This document shows, in pieces, positions 30,669 through 40,688 of a stretch of DNA of 64,000 nt. Made by a program: the position numbers and the translations under genes. A model generated the notes under the pieces. It ran no database searches. It was not told the DNA's origin and saw only the letters and a program-made list of their open reading frames with translations. How positions within the stretch are numbered: position 1 is the stretch's first letter; the number at the start of each line of letters is the position of its first letter. Origin of the DNA: Acidobacteriota bacterium (GTDB taxonomy: Bacteria; Acidobacteriota; UBA6911); NCBI GenBank assembly GCA_963664705.1, contig OY761556.1, positions 4,512,001 to 4,576,000 on the forward strand, given 5' to 3'.

Positions 30669-31498
30669 TTACGCCGCCTGCTTTTCTTCGCGGACGGTTT
30701 CAAAATAAACCGCATCAGGAGTCTTGCCGTCAAGTGATTGATGCGGTCGTTTGCCGTTGTAAAACTCCAGATACACTTTCAAACGTTCTTTGGCTTCATT
30801 CATCGAGCCATAAGCATAAAGATATATGTGTTCATATTTGACAGTGCGCCAGAGCCGTTCGACAAAAACGTTATCGCGCCAGCAGCCTTTGCCAGCCATG
30901 CTGATTTGAATTCCATTCGCTTTGAGAATGCCTGTGAACTCGGCACTGGTGAACTGGCAGCCCTGGTCCGTGTTGAAGATATCAGGACAGCCATAAAGAG
31001 CTATAGCCTCCTCCAGTGCTTCTATACAGAAGTCCGTCGTAAGCGTGTTGGAAAGTCGCCAGGAAAGAACGCGGCGGGAGTACCGGTCCTGGACGACAAA
31101 CAGATAAACAAAGCCTCGACGCATCGGAATATACGTGATGTCTGCCGACCAAGCTTGATCGGGTCGAACAACCTTCAAATCCCGCAGGAGATAGGGATAG
31201 ATATGGTGCCCGGCCTGCCTACGGCTGTATTGGGTTTTCGATACAAAACATCGATCCCCATTTTTCTCATCAACGTTCGGACATGCCGACGGCCGACCTT
31301 GTAGCTGTCCTGCCTCAATAAATCTCGCATCATCTGGCTCCCGGCAAAAGGCCATTGAAGATGCAGCTCGTCGATTCGCTTCATCAGCTCAAGGTCTGAC
31401 TGGGGAACCTCCACGGGTCTGTAATAGGCCGTCGATCGCGGCAGTTTCAGCAACGTGCATTGTCGTTTTATGGAGATCTTGGCCTTGCGGTCGATCAT
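30669..31498 (-). pseudogene. IS3 transposase OrfB (DDE), split by a 1-bp frameshift near 31227
   Basis: YRKPN(T) continues as SRRQAGHHIYPYLL in another frame; W.ADITY, NTDQG.QF, DN.FVERLWR present. Confidence 0.85.
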
Positions 31499-31797
31499 CT
31501 TTTTGCGCTCAGCAGTCCCGCCTTGATAAGCGCATTCTCTAAAAAATCATTTTCGAGACTGAGCTGCCCGATCTTGGCTTGCATGCGCTGGATATCCGGC
31601 CCTTTTTCTTTTTCGGGCTTTTCCCCGAACGCGATGGCAGCATTTTCCTGGAGCTGCCGTTTCCAGTCGGTGATCTGGTTGGGATGTACTTCAAACTGCT
31701 CGGCGAGTTCGGCAATTGTCTTGTCGCCCTTCAGGGCCGCCAGGGCGACTTTTGCTTTGAATACTGAACTATGATTCCTGCGTTGTCTTCTTGCCAT
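31495..31797 (-). CDS. IS3 transposase OrfA (HTH)
   Basis: [28 protein letters not shown]. Confidence 0.93.
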   Translation of the reverse strand: MARRQRRNHSSVFKAKVALAALKGDKTIAELAEQFEVHPNQITDWKRQLQENAAIAFGEKPEKEKGPDIQRMQAKIGQLSLENDFLENALIKAGLLSAKR

Positions 31798-32105
31798 CTG
31801 ATGCTCCTTCTTTCGGCTGTTTCCAGCCCCTCAGTTAGGCAAGATTACCACTTATCCCCTTGTCCAGTTTCCCGAATCCGGCTCTTCCCGCATCCCCGCA
31901 CAATCTGCCATTGCAAAGACCGGTTCAAACACACGGGCCGGGGCCGCGAGGCTAAGAGTTGATGGGTGTCCACAAAAACCGTGGGTGTCCACAAATTCCC
32001 ACAAAGGAAAAAAGAAAGCGATACATCGATTTATACAACTGAGGAATACCATAGCCTGGCGAAAAGAATTGGACCATAATAGCAGCCCGTGAGGAAAGCT
32101 TTGTT

Positions 32106-32816
32106 ATGGCTTCAGCCTATACAGAAACTGGTTACTGCCGGATAATCGATCTGGGAGCCGTCTCGAGCACATCAACGGATTTGGACGAATTGTGCGAGAT
32201 GGTCTCTTGGGACGAAGAGGCAAGGGTGGTGCTTCTTTGTTTGAACCCTGACGTGAATACGCTCCTAAAAGACAAGACTCCCCTTGAGGGGCTTGCTTTT
32301 GTTAACTCGTTGGCAAAAATCAAGCTGCCGGTAATAGCCGCCATTCAGGGTAACGCAATTGGGCTGGCACTTGAATTGGCCCTGGCTTGCGACATTCGAA
32401 TTGGATCGGCAAGCGCATGCTTTGGACTGGATCAGATTCAGAAGGGGCAGATCCCTTCCAATGGCGGAACGCAGCGTCTGCCTCGACTGATCGGCAAGGC
32501 AAAGGCGATGCATATGATCCTTACGGGAGATTTGATCGACTCGGCAGAAGCTTGTCGCATAGGACTGATTCATAAAGCGGTTGAACCTGAATCGGTTGTT
32601 GGTGTTGCCGCTCAAATGGCTCAGGATATGGCAACAAAATCGCCATTATCTCTTAGCTACGTAAAAGAGGCGCTATACTCCGGCGCGGATTTGACGCTCG
32701 ATCAAGGATTGAAGCTGGAATTGGATCTATATCTTCATCTGTTTACTACTTTTGATCGAACGGAGGGCATTAATGCCTTCCGTGAGAAAAGAAAACCTCA
32801 GTTTAAGGGTAACTGA
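32106..32816 (+). CDS. Enoyl-CoA hydratase/isomerase family
   Basis: PVIAAI.G.A.G..LELALACDIRI, GGTQRLPRLIG. Confidence 0.9.
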   Translation: MASAYTETGYCRIIDLGAVSSTSTDLDELCEMVSWDEEARVVLLCLNPDVNTLLKDKTPLEGLAFVNSLAKIKLPVIAAIQGNAIGLALELALACDIRIGSASACFGLDQIQKGQIPSNGGTQRLPRLIGKAKAMHMILTGDLIDSAEACRIGLIHKAVEPESVVGVAAQMAQDMATKSPLSLSYVKEALYSGADLTLDQGLKLELDLYLHLFTTFDRTEGINAFREKRKPQFKGN

Positions 32817-32829
32817 ACCGAGTATAGAG

Positions 32830-33564
32830 ATGGGCGGATTTAGCACTGTAATCTATGAAAAAACCGACCAAGCGATTGCCCATGTGACGCTGCATCGGCC
32901 TGAAGCGCTGAATGCCTTCAGCACACAAATGCGTGACGATCTCTATGAGATCCTGTCTGCCATTAAACAGGACGATGAAATCAAGGCCGTGATTCTTAGC
33001 GGCGCTGGAGATAAGGCGTTCTGTGCCGGGGCAGACCTAAAGGAATTTCTCTCTGCTCCCTCCGTTGTGAAAGCGAGGAAAATTCGCATAATACGTGACC
33101 TTTGGAGGCTGTTTCTTAGCATCCCCCAGCCTATGATTGCAGCGCTTCACGGCTATGTTCTCGGTTCCGGCATAGAAATGGCTCTGTTTTGCGATCTCCG
33201 GGTGGCATCCACAGATGTCATTTTGGGTCTGCCCGAAGTTGGTTTGGGAATATTGCCGGGTGCCGGCGGAACGCAAACTCTTTCAAGAATTATAGGAATG
33301 GCCGGAGCGCTTGACATGCTTCTGACTGGGCGGCGTCTCAACGCGCAAGAAGCAGTACAGATGGGGCTAGTCAACCGCATTGTCCCTCGAAGCGAGCTTC
33401 TCAAGACAGCGGAAACCCTGGCGCATACAATTGCCTCATTGGATCCTTTGGTCGTGCAAAGCGCCAAACAGGCTGTGATTCAGGGATTGGATATGTCGCT
33501 TTCGCAGGGATTAGATTTAGAATGGCGGCTTGCAACCAAGATAAAGCGTGATCAGCGCGGGTGA
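32830..33564 (+). CDS. Enoyl-CoA hydratase/isomerase family
   Basis: AFCAGADL, P.IAA.HG..LG.G.E, PE..LG..PGAGGTQ. Confidence 0.92.
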   Translation: MGGFSTVIYEKTDQAIAHVTLHRPEALNAFSTQMRDDLYEILSAIKQDDEIKAVILSGAGDKAFCAGADLKEFLSAPSVVKARKIRIIRDLWRLFLSIPQPMIAALHGYVLGSGIEMALFCDLRVASTDVILGLPEVGLGILPGAGGTQTLSRIIGMAGALDMLLTGRRLNAQEAVQMGLVNRIVPRSELLKTAETLAHTIASLDPLVVQSAKQAVIQGLDMSLSQGLDLEWRLATKIKRDQRG

Positions 33565-33628
33565 TTGAACGCCAAACGCAGAAAGCCTGGCAACACCATT
33601 TTTCATTGGAACTAACTGGGATTCATTT

Positions 33629-34369
33629 ATGAACAAAACCGTCAAGGACATTGAGGAAGCTCTTTCAGGCATAGAAAATGGAGCGACTGTAGCAATTGGA
33701 GGTTTTTTTGCAGCGGGCGTCCCGCGAATACTGCTGAGAGCCCTTATAGAAAAGGGTACAAAGGATCTTACCCTGGCATGCGGGTCTGGGCCTTTGCTGG
33801 GCGCAAAAGATGAACTCGATGCACTATTGAGGAATAACCAAATCAAGAAGGTGATTGACTCTTACGCGCTCTTCCGTTCAGCAACCAAAGGCGCACAACA
33901 CCCTTTTGAGCAGCAGGTTCGTTCCGGCCAGATCGAGTTGGAAATTTTCCCCATGGGGACACTGTGCGAAAAGTATCGAATGGCGGGAGCAGGCATTGCT
34001 GCCTCCTATATTCCCGTTGGAGCTGGCTCCATGGTGGAAGAGACTATCATTACGAACATTGAGGAAAAGCGCACCAAACGTGAAACGCGGGCTTTTGGTG
34101 GACAGACATGTATTTTGGAATATGCGCTCAAGCCTGATTTTGCCATCGTTCACGCAAATGTCGGAGATGAGGAGGGCAATCTCTGCTATCGGAAAACGTC
34201 ATGGAACTTTAATCACGTAATGGCGATGGCCGCCGGCATAACTATTGCCGAAGTTGAAAGCCTGGTTGCTCCGGGGGAATTGAAGCCAGAATCGATCCAT
34301 ACGCCGGGCATTTTTGTAAAAAGAATTGTGGAAGTCCCAAGAATTAGTTTTGCTATCACCTCCCTTTAG
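33629..34369 (+). CDS. 3-oxoacid CoA-transferase subunit A
   Basis: GATVAIGGF...G.P, P.GTL.E..R..GAGI, GNL.Y, HTPGIFV. Confidence 0.9.
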   Translation: MNKTVKDIEEALSGIENGATVAIGGFFAAGVPRILLRALIEKGTKDLTLACGSGPLLGAKDELDALLRNNQIKKVIDSYALFRSATKGAQHPFEQQVRSGQIELEIFPMGTLCEKYRMAGAGIAASYIPVGAGSMVEETIITNIEEKRTKRETRAFGGQTCILEYALKPDFAIVHANVGDEEGNLCYRKTSWNFNHVMAMAAGITIAEVESLVAPGELKPESIHTPGIFVKRIVEVPRISFAITSL

Positions 34370-34453
34370 GGAAAAATCGGGACACTCATTATTCGCTCAT
34401 AGCTGGCGTTGTTGTGAAGCAGGACGGATTTCGTCATTCCGGGAGGGAAGAAA

Positions 34454-35128
34454 TTGAAAAAATTTGAAGGACTTCCTCGTGAAATTATCGCCTTAAGGGT
34501 AAGCCAGGAAATCGAGGACAATTCCTATGTCAATCTGGGCATTGGCATTCCTACATTAGTAAGCAACTGGCTGGAGGGCCGCGATGTTATCCTGCAATCA
34601 GAAATCGGCATGCTGAAAACCGGCAGCCTGGCTGAAGGTGAGTCCATCGATCAAGACCTGATCAATGCAAGTTGCCAACCGGTTCTGGAAATGCCTGGAA
34701 CGGTGTATTTCGATATTTGCGAATCCTTTGCGATGATTAGGGGCGGGCATATCGACGTCACGGTAATGGGGGCGTTCCAGGTTAACCAGTCAGGAGATTT
34801 CGCGTCGTGGATGAATCCCTCGCGTGGTTTGAATGGTGTAGGAAACATTGGGGGATCCATGGACTTGGCGACCGGAGCCAAGAAGTTGTTTATCGCCATG
34901 GAGCACACAACAACCGACGGCAGTCCCAAAATTGTCCGGGAACTGACCTACCCGGCGACAGCCCGGAAAAAGGTTAACAAAATCTTCACGGACTTGGCGG
35001 TAATTGAGATTACCCCGGAGGGTTTGCTGCTCAAAGAGCTTTACCCGGGATTGTCTGTGGAGGATATTCAGTCGGTCACGGAACCAAAACTTCTTATTGC
35101 CCAGGATCTAAAAGAAATCGAGCTTTAA
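34454..35128 (+). CDS. 3-oxoacid CoA-transferase subunit B
   Basis: VNLGIGIPT, QSE.G, SF.MIRGGHID, GG.MDL; TTG start. Confidence 0.92.
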   Translation: MKKFEGLPREIIALRVSQEIEDNSYVNLGIGIPTLVSNWLEGRDVILQSEIGMLKTGSLAEGESIDQDLINASCQPVLEMPGTVYFDICESFAMIRGGHIDVTVMGAFQVNQSGDFASWMNPSRGLNGVGNIGGSMDLATGAKKLFIAMEHTTTDGSPKIVRELTYPATARKKVNKIFTDLAVIEITPEGLLLKELYPGLSVEDIQSVTEPKLLIAQDLKEIEL

Positions 35129-35143
35129 AGGGAGATATCTATA

Positions 35144-35263
35144 ATGGCAAACCAGGTAGGCAAACGGTATAAATGCGCAAAATGCGGTGCGGAAATAATT
35201 GTAACGCGCGGCGGCAACGGCACGGTGAAATGCTGCGGGCAACCAATGGAACAAAAAAAGTAA
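35144..35263 (+). CDS. Desulforedoxin-like microprotein (39 aa)
   Basis: Below the ORF-track cutoff. MANQVGKRYKCAKCGAEIIVTRGGNGTVKCCGQPMEQKK; GGAG RBS. Confidence 0.85.
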   Translation: MANQVGKRYKCAKCGAEIIVTRGGNGTVKCCGQPMEQKK

Positions 35264-35278
35264 AAGGAAGAGGCAATC

Positions 35279-35419
35279 ATGAGTCAGCTTGGTAAGCGCT
35301 ATAAATGCGAGGTTTGCGGAACAGAGATTCTCTGCACAAAAGCAGGCGAAGGGAAGCTTGAGTGCTGCGATCAGGAAATGAAGGTTCAAGAGCCAAAGCC
35401 GCTTCCTTCATCCGATTAG
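35279..35419 (+). CDS. Desulforedoxin-like microprotein (46 aa)
   Basis: MSQLGKRYKCEVCGTEILCTKAGEGKLECCDQEMKVQEPKPLPSSD; AGAGG RBS. Confidence 0.85.
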   Translation: MSQLGKRYKCEVCGTEILCTKAGEGKLECCDQEMKVQEPKPLPSSD

Positions 35420-35466
35420 AACCAACCCGGAAATGCACAAGTTCCCGGGGCGCGCCTTCCTTGACC

Positions 35467-36402
35467 ATGGATAAACAGAGTATTTGCAGACGGCTTGGGA
35501 TCCGCTATCCAATTCTTCAGGGGGGTATGTTGTGGATTGCCGATGCGTCACTCGCATCGGCAATCTCCAACGCAGGAGCCCTTGGCACGATCAGCCCCTA
35601 TGCCGCTATGGCAGAGTCTGGAAATCCCGTTGAGAATCTTCGGTTTCAGATCTCGCGAACCAGACTGCTGACGAACAAACCCTTCGCGGTCAATATCCCT
35701 CTCGATTTGCCTGATAGCGGCCTTCTCATTAATTTAGCCATTGAGGAGAAGGTAAAGATCGTTGTTACCGCAGCGGGGAATCCGGGACTTTACACCGAAT
35801 TACTGCATTCATCAGGCATTCAAGTTCTTCATGTCATAAGTTCGGTATCTCAAGCAATAGCCGCACAATCCTGTGGAGTTGACCTTCTGATAGTAGAAGG
35901 AGCCGAGGCGGGGGGACGCATCGGTCGGGCAGAAATCCCTCTTTTCTCTTTGATTCCGCAGGTAGTTGCCGCCGTTTCCCTGCCGGTCATCGCAGCCGGC
36001 GGAATTGTGGACACCCATCAAATGAAGGCTGCGATGATTCTTGGGGCCGATGGAGTGCAATTAGGAACTCGCTTTATTGCAGTGAACGAGTGCATTGCCC
36101 ATCAAAACTACAAGCAGGCAATCATTGAGGCACAGGATGGAGATACCATCGTTGCCGGGCGGTCTCTGGGACCGGCAAGAAGACTTAAATCCAGCTTTTC
36201 CCTTAAGCTCTCTGACATGGAGAAATCCGGAAAAGAGATTGCATTGCAGCTCAGCTTCATAGGCCGCAGGCGTTCAAGAAAGGCACAAATTGATGGAAAT
36301 TTGGAGGAAGGCGATTTCCTTGCAGGTGCATCCGTAGGACTTATCAAACAGGTCATTCCGGCCGCTCAGGTCATTCAAACCCTTATTACCGGCAGGCTCT
36401 AG
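35467..36402 (+). CDS. Nitronate monooxygenase / FabK-like FMN enoyl reductase
   Basis: YPILQGGM, EG.EAGG, PVIAAGGI, GA.GVQ.GTRF. Confidence 0.88.
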   Translation: MDKQSICRRLGIRYPILQGGMLWIADASLASAISNAGALGTISPYAAMAESGNPVENLRFQISRTRLLTNKPFAVNIPLDLPDSGLLINLAIEEKVKIVVTAAGNPGLYTELLHSSGIQVLHVISSVSQAIAAQSCGVDLLIVEGAEAGGRIGRAEIPLFSLIPQVVAAVSLPVIAAGGIVDTHQMKAAMILGADGVQLGTRFIAVNECIAHQNYKQAIIEAQDGDTIVAGRSLGPARRLKSSFSLKLSDMEKSGKEIALQLSFIGRRRSRKAQIDGNLEEGDFLAGASVGLIKQVIPAAQVIQTLITGRL

Positions 36403-36613
36403 GTCGCAAACTCTTGTCTCTTTAATCCGATCCTGGCAGGAATGGAATACGAGCGGATATCAAACCTTTAGGCCCCTTCCCCCCGATAATTCTCCAATAC
36501 ACAGTCATCAGGAAAGCAGGAAATGGGAGGCTAGAAGATGTGTGTCCCATTTTCTACTTTGCGGTTGTGTGATTTGAGGTTACTCTCGAAGAAAAAGAAA
36601 AGAGCAGGGATAC

Positions 36614-38224
36614 ATGGCACAATTTCAGCCTATAGCGTCCTCGGCGGATAATAAAAAACCGGTCGCGCTTGGCCTGGCCGCAATATTCATAACCTATTTT
36701 TCGTCCGCCTACTTCTTCCGCGGATCCGGTATCACACTACCCAAAATTGCGGCCGACCTGAACGGCATGCACCTCTATTCCTGGGCAATATCTCTCCCCG
36801 CACTTGCCTCCGCATTTGTAACGCTAACCTTCGGCAAGCTCTCCGATATCTATGGACGCCGGGTAATGTTATTGACCGCTCTCGGGCTCTACATGGGAGG
36901 CGCAATTCTGGCGGCTATCAGCCGGGATTTCGTCTCTTTCATCACAGCAAGAATGATCATTTCCCTGGGGCAGGGCGCTTTGGCACCGCTGTGCTTTTCG
37001 GTTATTGGTGATTTATATTCGCCGGCCGAACGAAGCAGATGGAGCGGCCTGTTGCAGATTCCTGCCGGCGTGGCAGCCATGATTGTTCCCGCTTCCGTCG
37101 GGATGCTGACCGACACGTTGAGCTGGCGCTATTTTTTGTGGATTGCGGTGTTGCTGGTTCTGATATCCGGAGTGCTGATAATCATAGGCATTCCCGCAAT
37201 TTCCAAAAGGACGGAGCACAAGATTGACTTTGCCGGCACCTGTCTTCTCGCGATAGCTTCCTCCACCATGATTCTCGCCTTTTCCTGGGCGGGGAGTGAT
37301 TATGCATGGACATCTATCACAATCCTGGGTTTGCTGGCGATCTCCATCCTATCCTGGTGCATTTTCCTGTGGATTGAATCAAAAGCCGCTGAACCCATGC
37401 TGGATCCGCAAGTCCTAAAAAGCCGTACATTTATAACAGCAGCAGCCGCGGCTCTCATTTCCTACTTTGCGTGCCTTGCGATGATTATGTATTTCCCCCT
37501 TTTCCTGCAGGGCGTGCAAGGCACCAGCGCGACCCTCAGCGGCTACAGGACCACACCATTCAGCGCTTTTATGTCTTTTACCGGCGTTCCCGTTGGAATA
37601 CTTCTGGCTCGAACAAAACGTTACAAAGCTATGTACATTGTCGGATATGGCATTTTGACGCTGGCCATGTTTGCTTCTATTACCTTTGATGTTGGAACGC
37701 CGGCATGGCTGGAATATCTTGTTGTTTCCATAGCCGGAATTGGCCTGGGTGCCATTCCAACAATGAATACTCTCATCGCACAATTTGCCCTGCCTAAAAG
37801 GCTCTTGGGCGTTGCGGTGGGCGCCATGTTCTTTTTCGTGTTTATGGGAAATGCGCTTGCCCCGGCAATTCTGGGTTCAGCCATGAACCTGGAGTACTCC
37901 AAGACGCTTAAGAAATCTTTGCCTGAAGAACTGAATCAAAGCGCTAACAAACATATTCTGTCTTCGCTCTCGAACCCACGCATATTGCTATCCGAACCTG
38001 CCATGACCGATCTTAAGATGAGCCTCCGCAAATCGGGAAACGACGGGTCTGAGCTATTTGCTCGAACCATTCAAGCAATACGAACCGCGCTGGAAGCAAG
38101 CCTGCGCTATGTATTCATCATTGGGGCAATAACCTCGCTGATTGCATTTCTGCTTATCATCACTATTCCAGAGGTTTCGATCGAGGCAGAGGTACAGGAC
38201 AAACGAAACGTGACCGAACGGTAA
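36614..38224 (+). CDS. MFS transporter, DHA2/EmrB-like
   Basis: GKLSD.YGRR motif A; about 14 TMs; SWR..F. Confidence 0.9.
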   Translation: MAQFQPIASSADNKKPVALGLAAIFITYFSSAYFFRGSGITLPKIAADLNGMHLYSWAISLPALASAFVTLTFGKLSDIYGRRVMLLTALGLYMGGAILAAISRDFVSFITARMIISLGQGALAPLCFSVIGDLYSPAERSRWSGLLQIPAGVAAMIVPASVGMLTDTLSWRYFLWIAVLLVLISGVLIIIGIPAISKRTEHKIDFAGTCLLAIASSTMILAFSWAGSDYAWTSITILGLLAISILSWCIFLWIESKAAEPMLDPQVLKSRTFITAAAAALISYFACLAMIMYFPLFLQGVQGTSATLSGYRTTPFSAFMSFTGVPVGILLARTKRYKAMYIVGYGILTLAMFASITFDVGTPAWLEYLVVSIAGIGLGAIPTMNTLIAQFALPKRLLGVAVGAMFFFVFMGNALAPAILGSAMNLEYSKTLKKSLPEELNQSANKHILSSLSNPRILLSEPAMTDLKMSLRKSGNDGSELFARTIQAIRTALEASLRYVFIIGAITSLIAFLLIITIPEVSIEAEVQDKRNVTER

Positions 38225-38270
38225 CGGTCTTGGGGTTCGACCGCAACTCTGGGCATTAGCTTTCCATAGG

Positions 38271-39587
38271 TTAACTCACAGTCTCCGTCTCCAGCCGGGC
38301 TGGCTTCGTATTGTCCTTGAGTGATGGATGTACGGGCGGCTTTGCAAAAATTATACAGAGGAAACCCAGCACGAGCATGATCAGACAAACCTGGAAAGCC
38401 GGGAGATAGCTGCCCGTAGAATCTCGAATGTACCCCGCAATAGGAGCCCCGAGACTCGACCCAATGGTGGTTACAGGCGTTGTATACCCCATAATTTTGG
38501 GGAACTCTTTTCTGCCAAAATAGTCGGGAAAAAGATTGCCCATGGCAATCCCCTGAATCCCGAACCCGATGCCCAAAATAATGCAGTATGCAATAACGGC
38601 CGGCAGAGATTGTGCAATTAGAGTCGTCCCAAATCCCAGCATTCCAACCACTATCGAGACAGTGGCCAATGAACGCATCTTAAATTTGAGTCCGAGAAAA
38701 CCAATTCCCAAGCTGCTGATCGACATCACCGCCGTAAGAAGACCGGAAGCCATTGCCGCCGTATTCGGGGCGATACCCAGATCAAATAAAAACGCCACTT
38801 GATGAGGCATCAAAGCATTGATGCAGAAGAATTGCACAGTTCCATATATTGTTAACAGCCACAAAGAACGGGTTTTCAGCGCTTCTCTGGCAGAAAAATC
38901 CACCTTGGTCTTATCGAGATTCTGATAAAGCACATTCTCGTGTGTCTGAAGGCTTTCTCTTTTTGAAGCCGGCCCATCCGGAACCTGCCCTATATCCTCC
39001 GGTCTGTTGCGTACCAGGATGCCGGGAACAACAACACAAAACACGAATATAAGAATGGCAATCCCCCTGTAAGATTGTCGCCATCCGAATTGATTGATCA
39101 TGGACATAAGAAATGGACCAATCAGGATATTCAATCCCATGGCTCCCATCGATATGGCCATTGCAAGGGATCTCTTCATGATAAACCAGTTGTTTGTAAC
39201 CGTCATCATGGCCAACATCCCGCCCATGCTCATTCCGATTCCCATTACAACGCCAGACCAAAGATATAGCTCCCAGATACTGGTTTGAAAGGACACCAGC
39301 AACAAGGAAGCAGCCGTCAATATGTTCCCGATGACAATGGCTTTTCTTGCTCCCTGCCTCATTAGGAATATGCCTACCACTGGAGCGGCAAGTCCCGTTA
39401 GAACAAGAGATACGGTTTGAGCTCCTGAAATGGATCCTCTGGACCACCCAAACTCTTTAACCCAATAAGGAAGGCAGAACCCAAACGCATTCAAGACAAA
39501 ACAGAAAACAACGATATTGAAGACAAACATTACCGCCAGATTGACCCAACCGTAAAATCCATCCTTGCCCGATATCTTCAGAGCCAT
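38271..39587 (-). CDS. MFS transporter (MCT/OFA-like)
   Basis: FYGW, WF...R.LA, GWR, YFGR..F; about 12 TMs. Confidence 0.88.
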   Translation of the reverse strand: MALKISGKDGFYGWVNLAVMFVFNIVVFCFVLNAFGFCLPYWVKEFGWSRGSISGAQTVSLVLTGLAAPVVGIFLMRQGARKAIVIGNILTAASLLLVSFQTSIWELYLWSGVVMGIGMSMGGMLAMMTVTNNWFIMKRSLAMAISMGAMGLNILIGPFLMSMINQFGWRQSYRGIAILIFVFCVVVPGILVRNRPEDIGQVPDGPASKRESLQTHENVLYQNLDKTKVDFSAREALKTRSLWLLTIYGTVQFFCINALMPHQVAFLFDLGIAPNTAAMASGLLTAVMSISSLGIGFLGLKFKMRSLATVSIVVGMLGFGTTLIAQSLPAVIAYCIILGIGFGIQGIAMGNLFPDYFGRKEFPKIMGYTTPVTTIGSSLGAPIAGYIRDSTGSYLPAFQVCLIMLVLGFLCIIFAKPPVHPSLKDNTKPARLETETVS

Positions 39588-40071
39588 GATTCTCTCTCCC
39601 TTGAAATCGATATCCAAGAATCGAAATGCCAAGCCATGAATTTGAAAATTTGGGGAAATGCGTGTGTCTATCGGAAAGAAAATAGCATGAGATGGAGATA
39701 ATATTATATTGAATTTCATATCTTGGATCCCGGCAAAAAGGAAATGGGGAAATGTGGACACCCATCATTCCCCCTTGCTACCTCTTGTCTTCCCCGGTGC
39801 GGCTTCACGGAAATGTTACAGACTCAAATCGGGCAGGCGAGAGGCTGAAGAACAGGGAGCAAGGAAAGATGGGTGTCCACAAAGTTGAGGAAAGATGGGT
39901 GTCCACAAAGTTGAGAACAGAGGATCAAGGGTGAAAGAGGAGGAAGGGAAAACAGCCTGGGGAGAAGTAGGGTAAAAAAGCGAAAGAAAGGTGAGTGTCC
40001 CCAAAGTACCAAAAGCAAAAAACAAGAACGGGGTTTGCCACTCATCCGAGCGCAAACCCCGCAACTCTTAC

Positions 40072-40476
40072 CTAAAAGAGCGGAATGTTCTTTGGACCTT
40101 CCCTGAATGAATACAGGGTTGCGGTCGCCTGGGTAAAGTAGAACGTGACATAGATTTCATCGTCCGCCCCCTTGGGGTATATCTGTAAAAGGGTGGGCGA
40201 AACCTCAAAAGCCTGGGCTTTTGCTTCACGACTATCGTCCATGGCAACTGTTCCGCAAACTCTGAGCCAGGTTCCATCTGTCCCCATCGCCGAAATCTCA
40301 ACCTTGGGACATTTTTCCATCTGTTTGTAGACATCTTTCGTCTTGTTCGTGCACATGTACAGCTTGTCGTTTCGGATCATCGTAAATCCAAAGGGACGAA
40401 CCCTCGCCTGATCGCCGTCGATTGTCGCGAGATGAAACACAGGATTGGCTTTTAAGAACTCAAAGGCTGTAGTCAT
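40072..40476 (-). CDS. Pyridoxamine 5'-phosphate oxidase family protein
   Basis: F.LAT.DGDQ.RVRPF, T...K.VYKQ...P.VEI. Confidence 0.82.
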   Translation of the reverse strand: MTTAFEFLKANPVFHLATIDGDQARVRPFGFTMIRNDKLYMCTNKTKDVYKQMEKCPKVEISAMGTDGTWLRVCGTVAMDDSREAKAQAFEVSPTLLQIYPKGADDEIYVTFYFTQATATLYSFREGPKNIPLF

Positions 40477-40688
40477 TGGGACCTCCTGGAAAATGGTAAA
40501 TTACGATCAAATCAAAGAATCAGTGCACAAATCTGGCCATATGGATGAAAACGGTGGCATTATAGCCTACTTGCGAATTTTAGTAATGGTAAAGTGCCGG
40601 ACAGGGCGCGCGCAAAACCGGACGATCGGCCCCAAGCCTCCATCTCGCGGCTTTGCGCCCGCGTACTGGCAGACAAATACATGAAGTC

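Larger units (their letters stand above)
30545..31885 (-). mobile_element. IS3-family insertion sequence, about 1.34 kb, probably defective
   Basis: orfA/orfB pair; imperfect terminal IRs both containing TGGACA; TCCC direct repeat at 30541-30544 and 31886-31889. Confidence 0.88.
29276..40005. repeat. Dispersed intergenic repeat family, core RTGGGTGTCCACAAA (REP-like)
   Basis: Copies at 29276(-), 30467(-), 30503, 31962, 31981, 39753(-), 39869 and 39895; variants at 34379(-), 36538 and 39991. Confidence 0.8.

Noticed and set aside
39863-39914. Direct repeats that could suggest a CRISPR array
   Set aside because: Only two abutting 26-bp units with no spacers; other copies are irregularly spaced and in both orientations; no cas genes.
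29276-40005. Repeats as integron attC sites
   Set aside because: No RYYYAAC/GTTRRRY ends, no integrase, and the intervening genes form multi-gene operons in both orientations.
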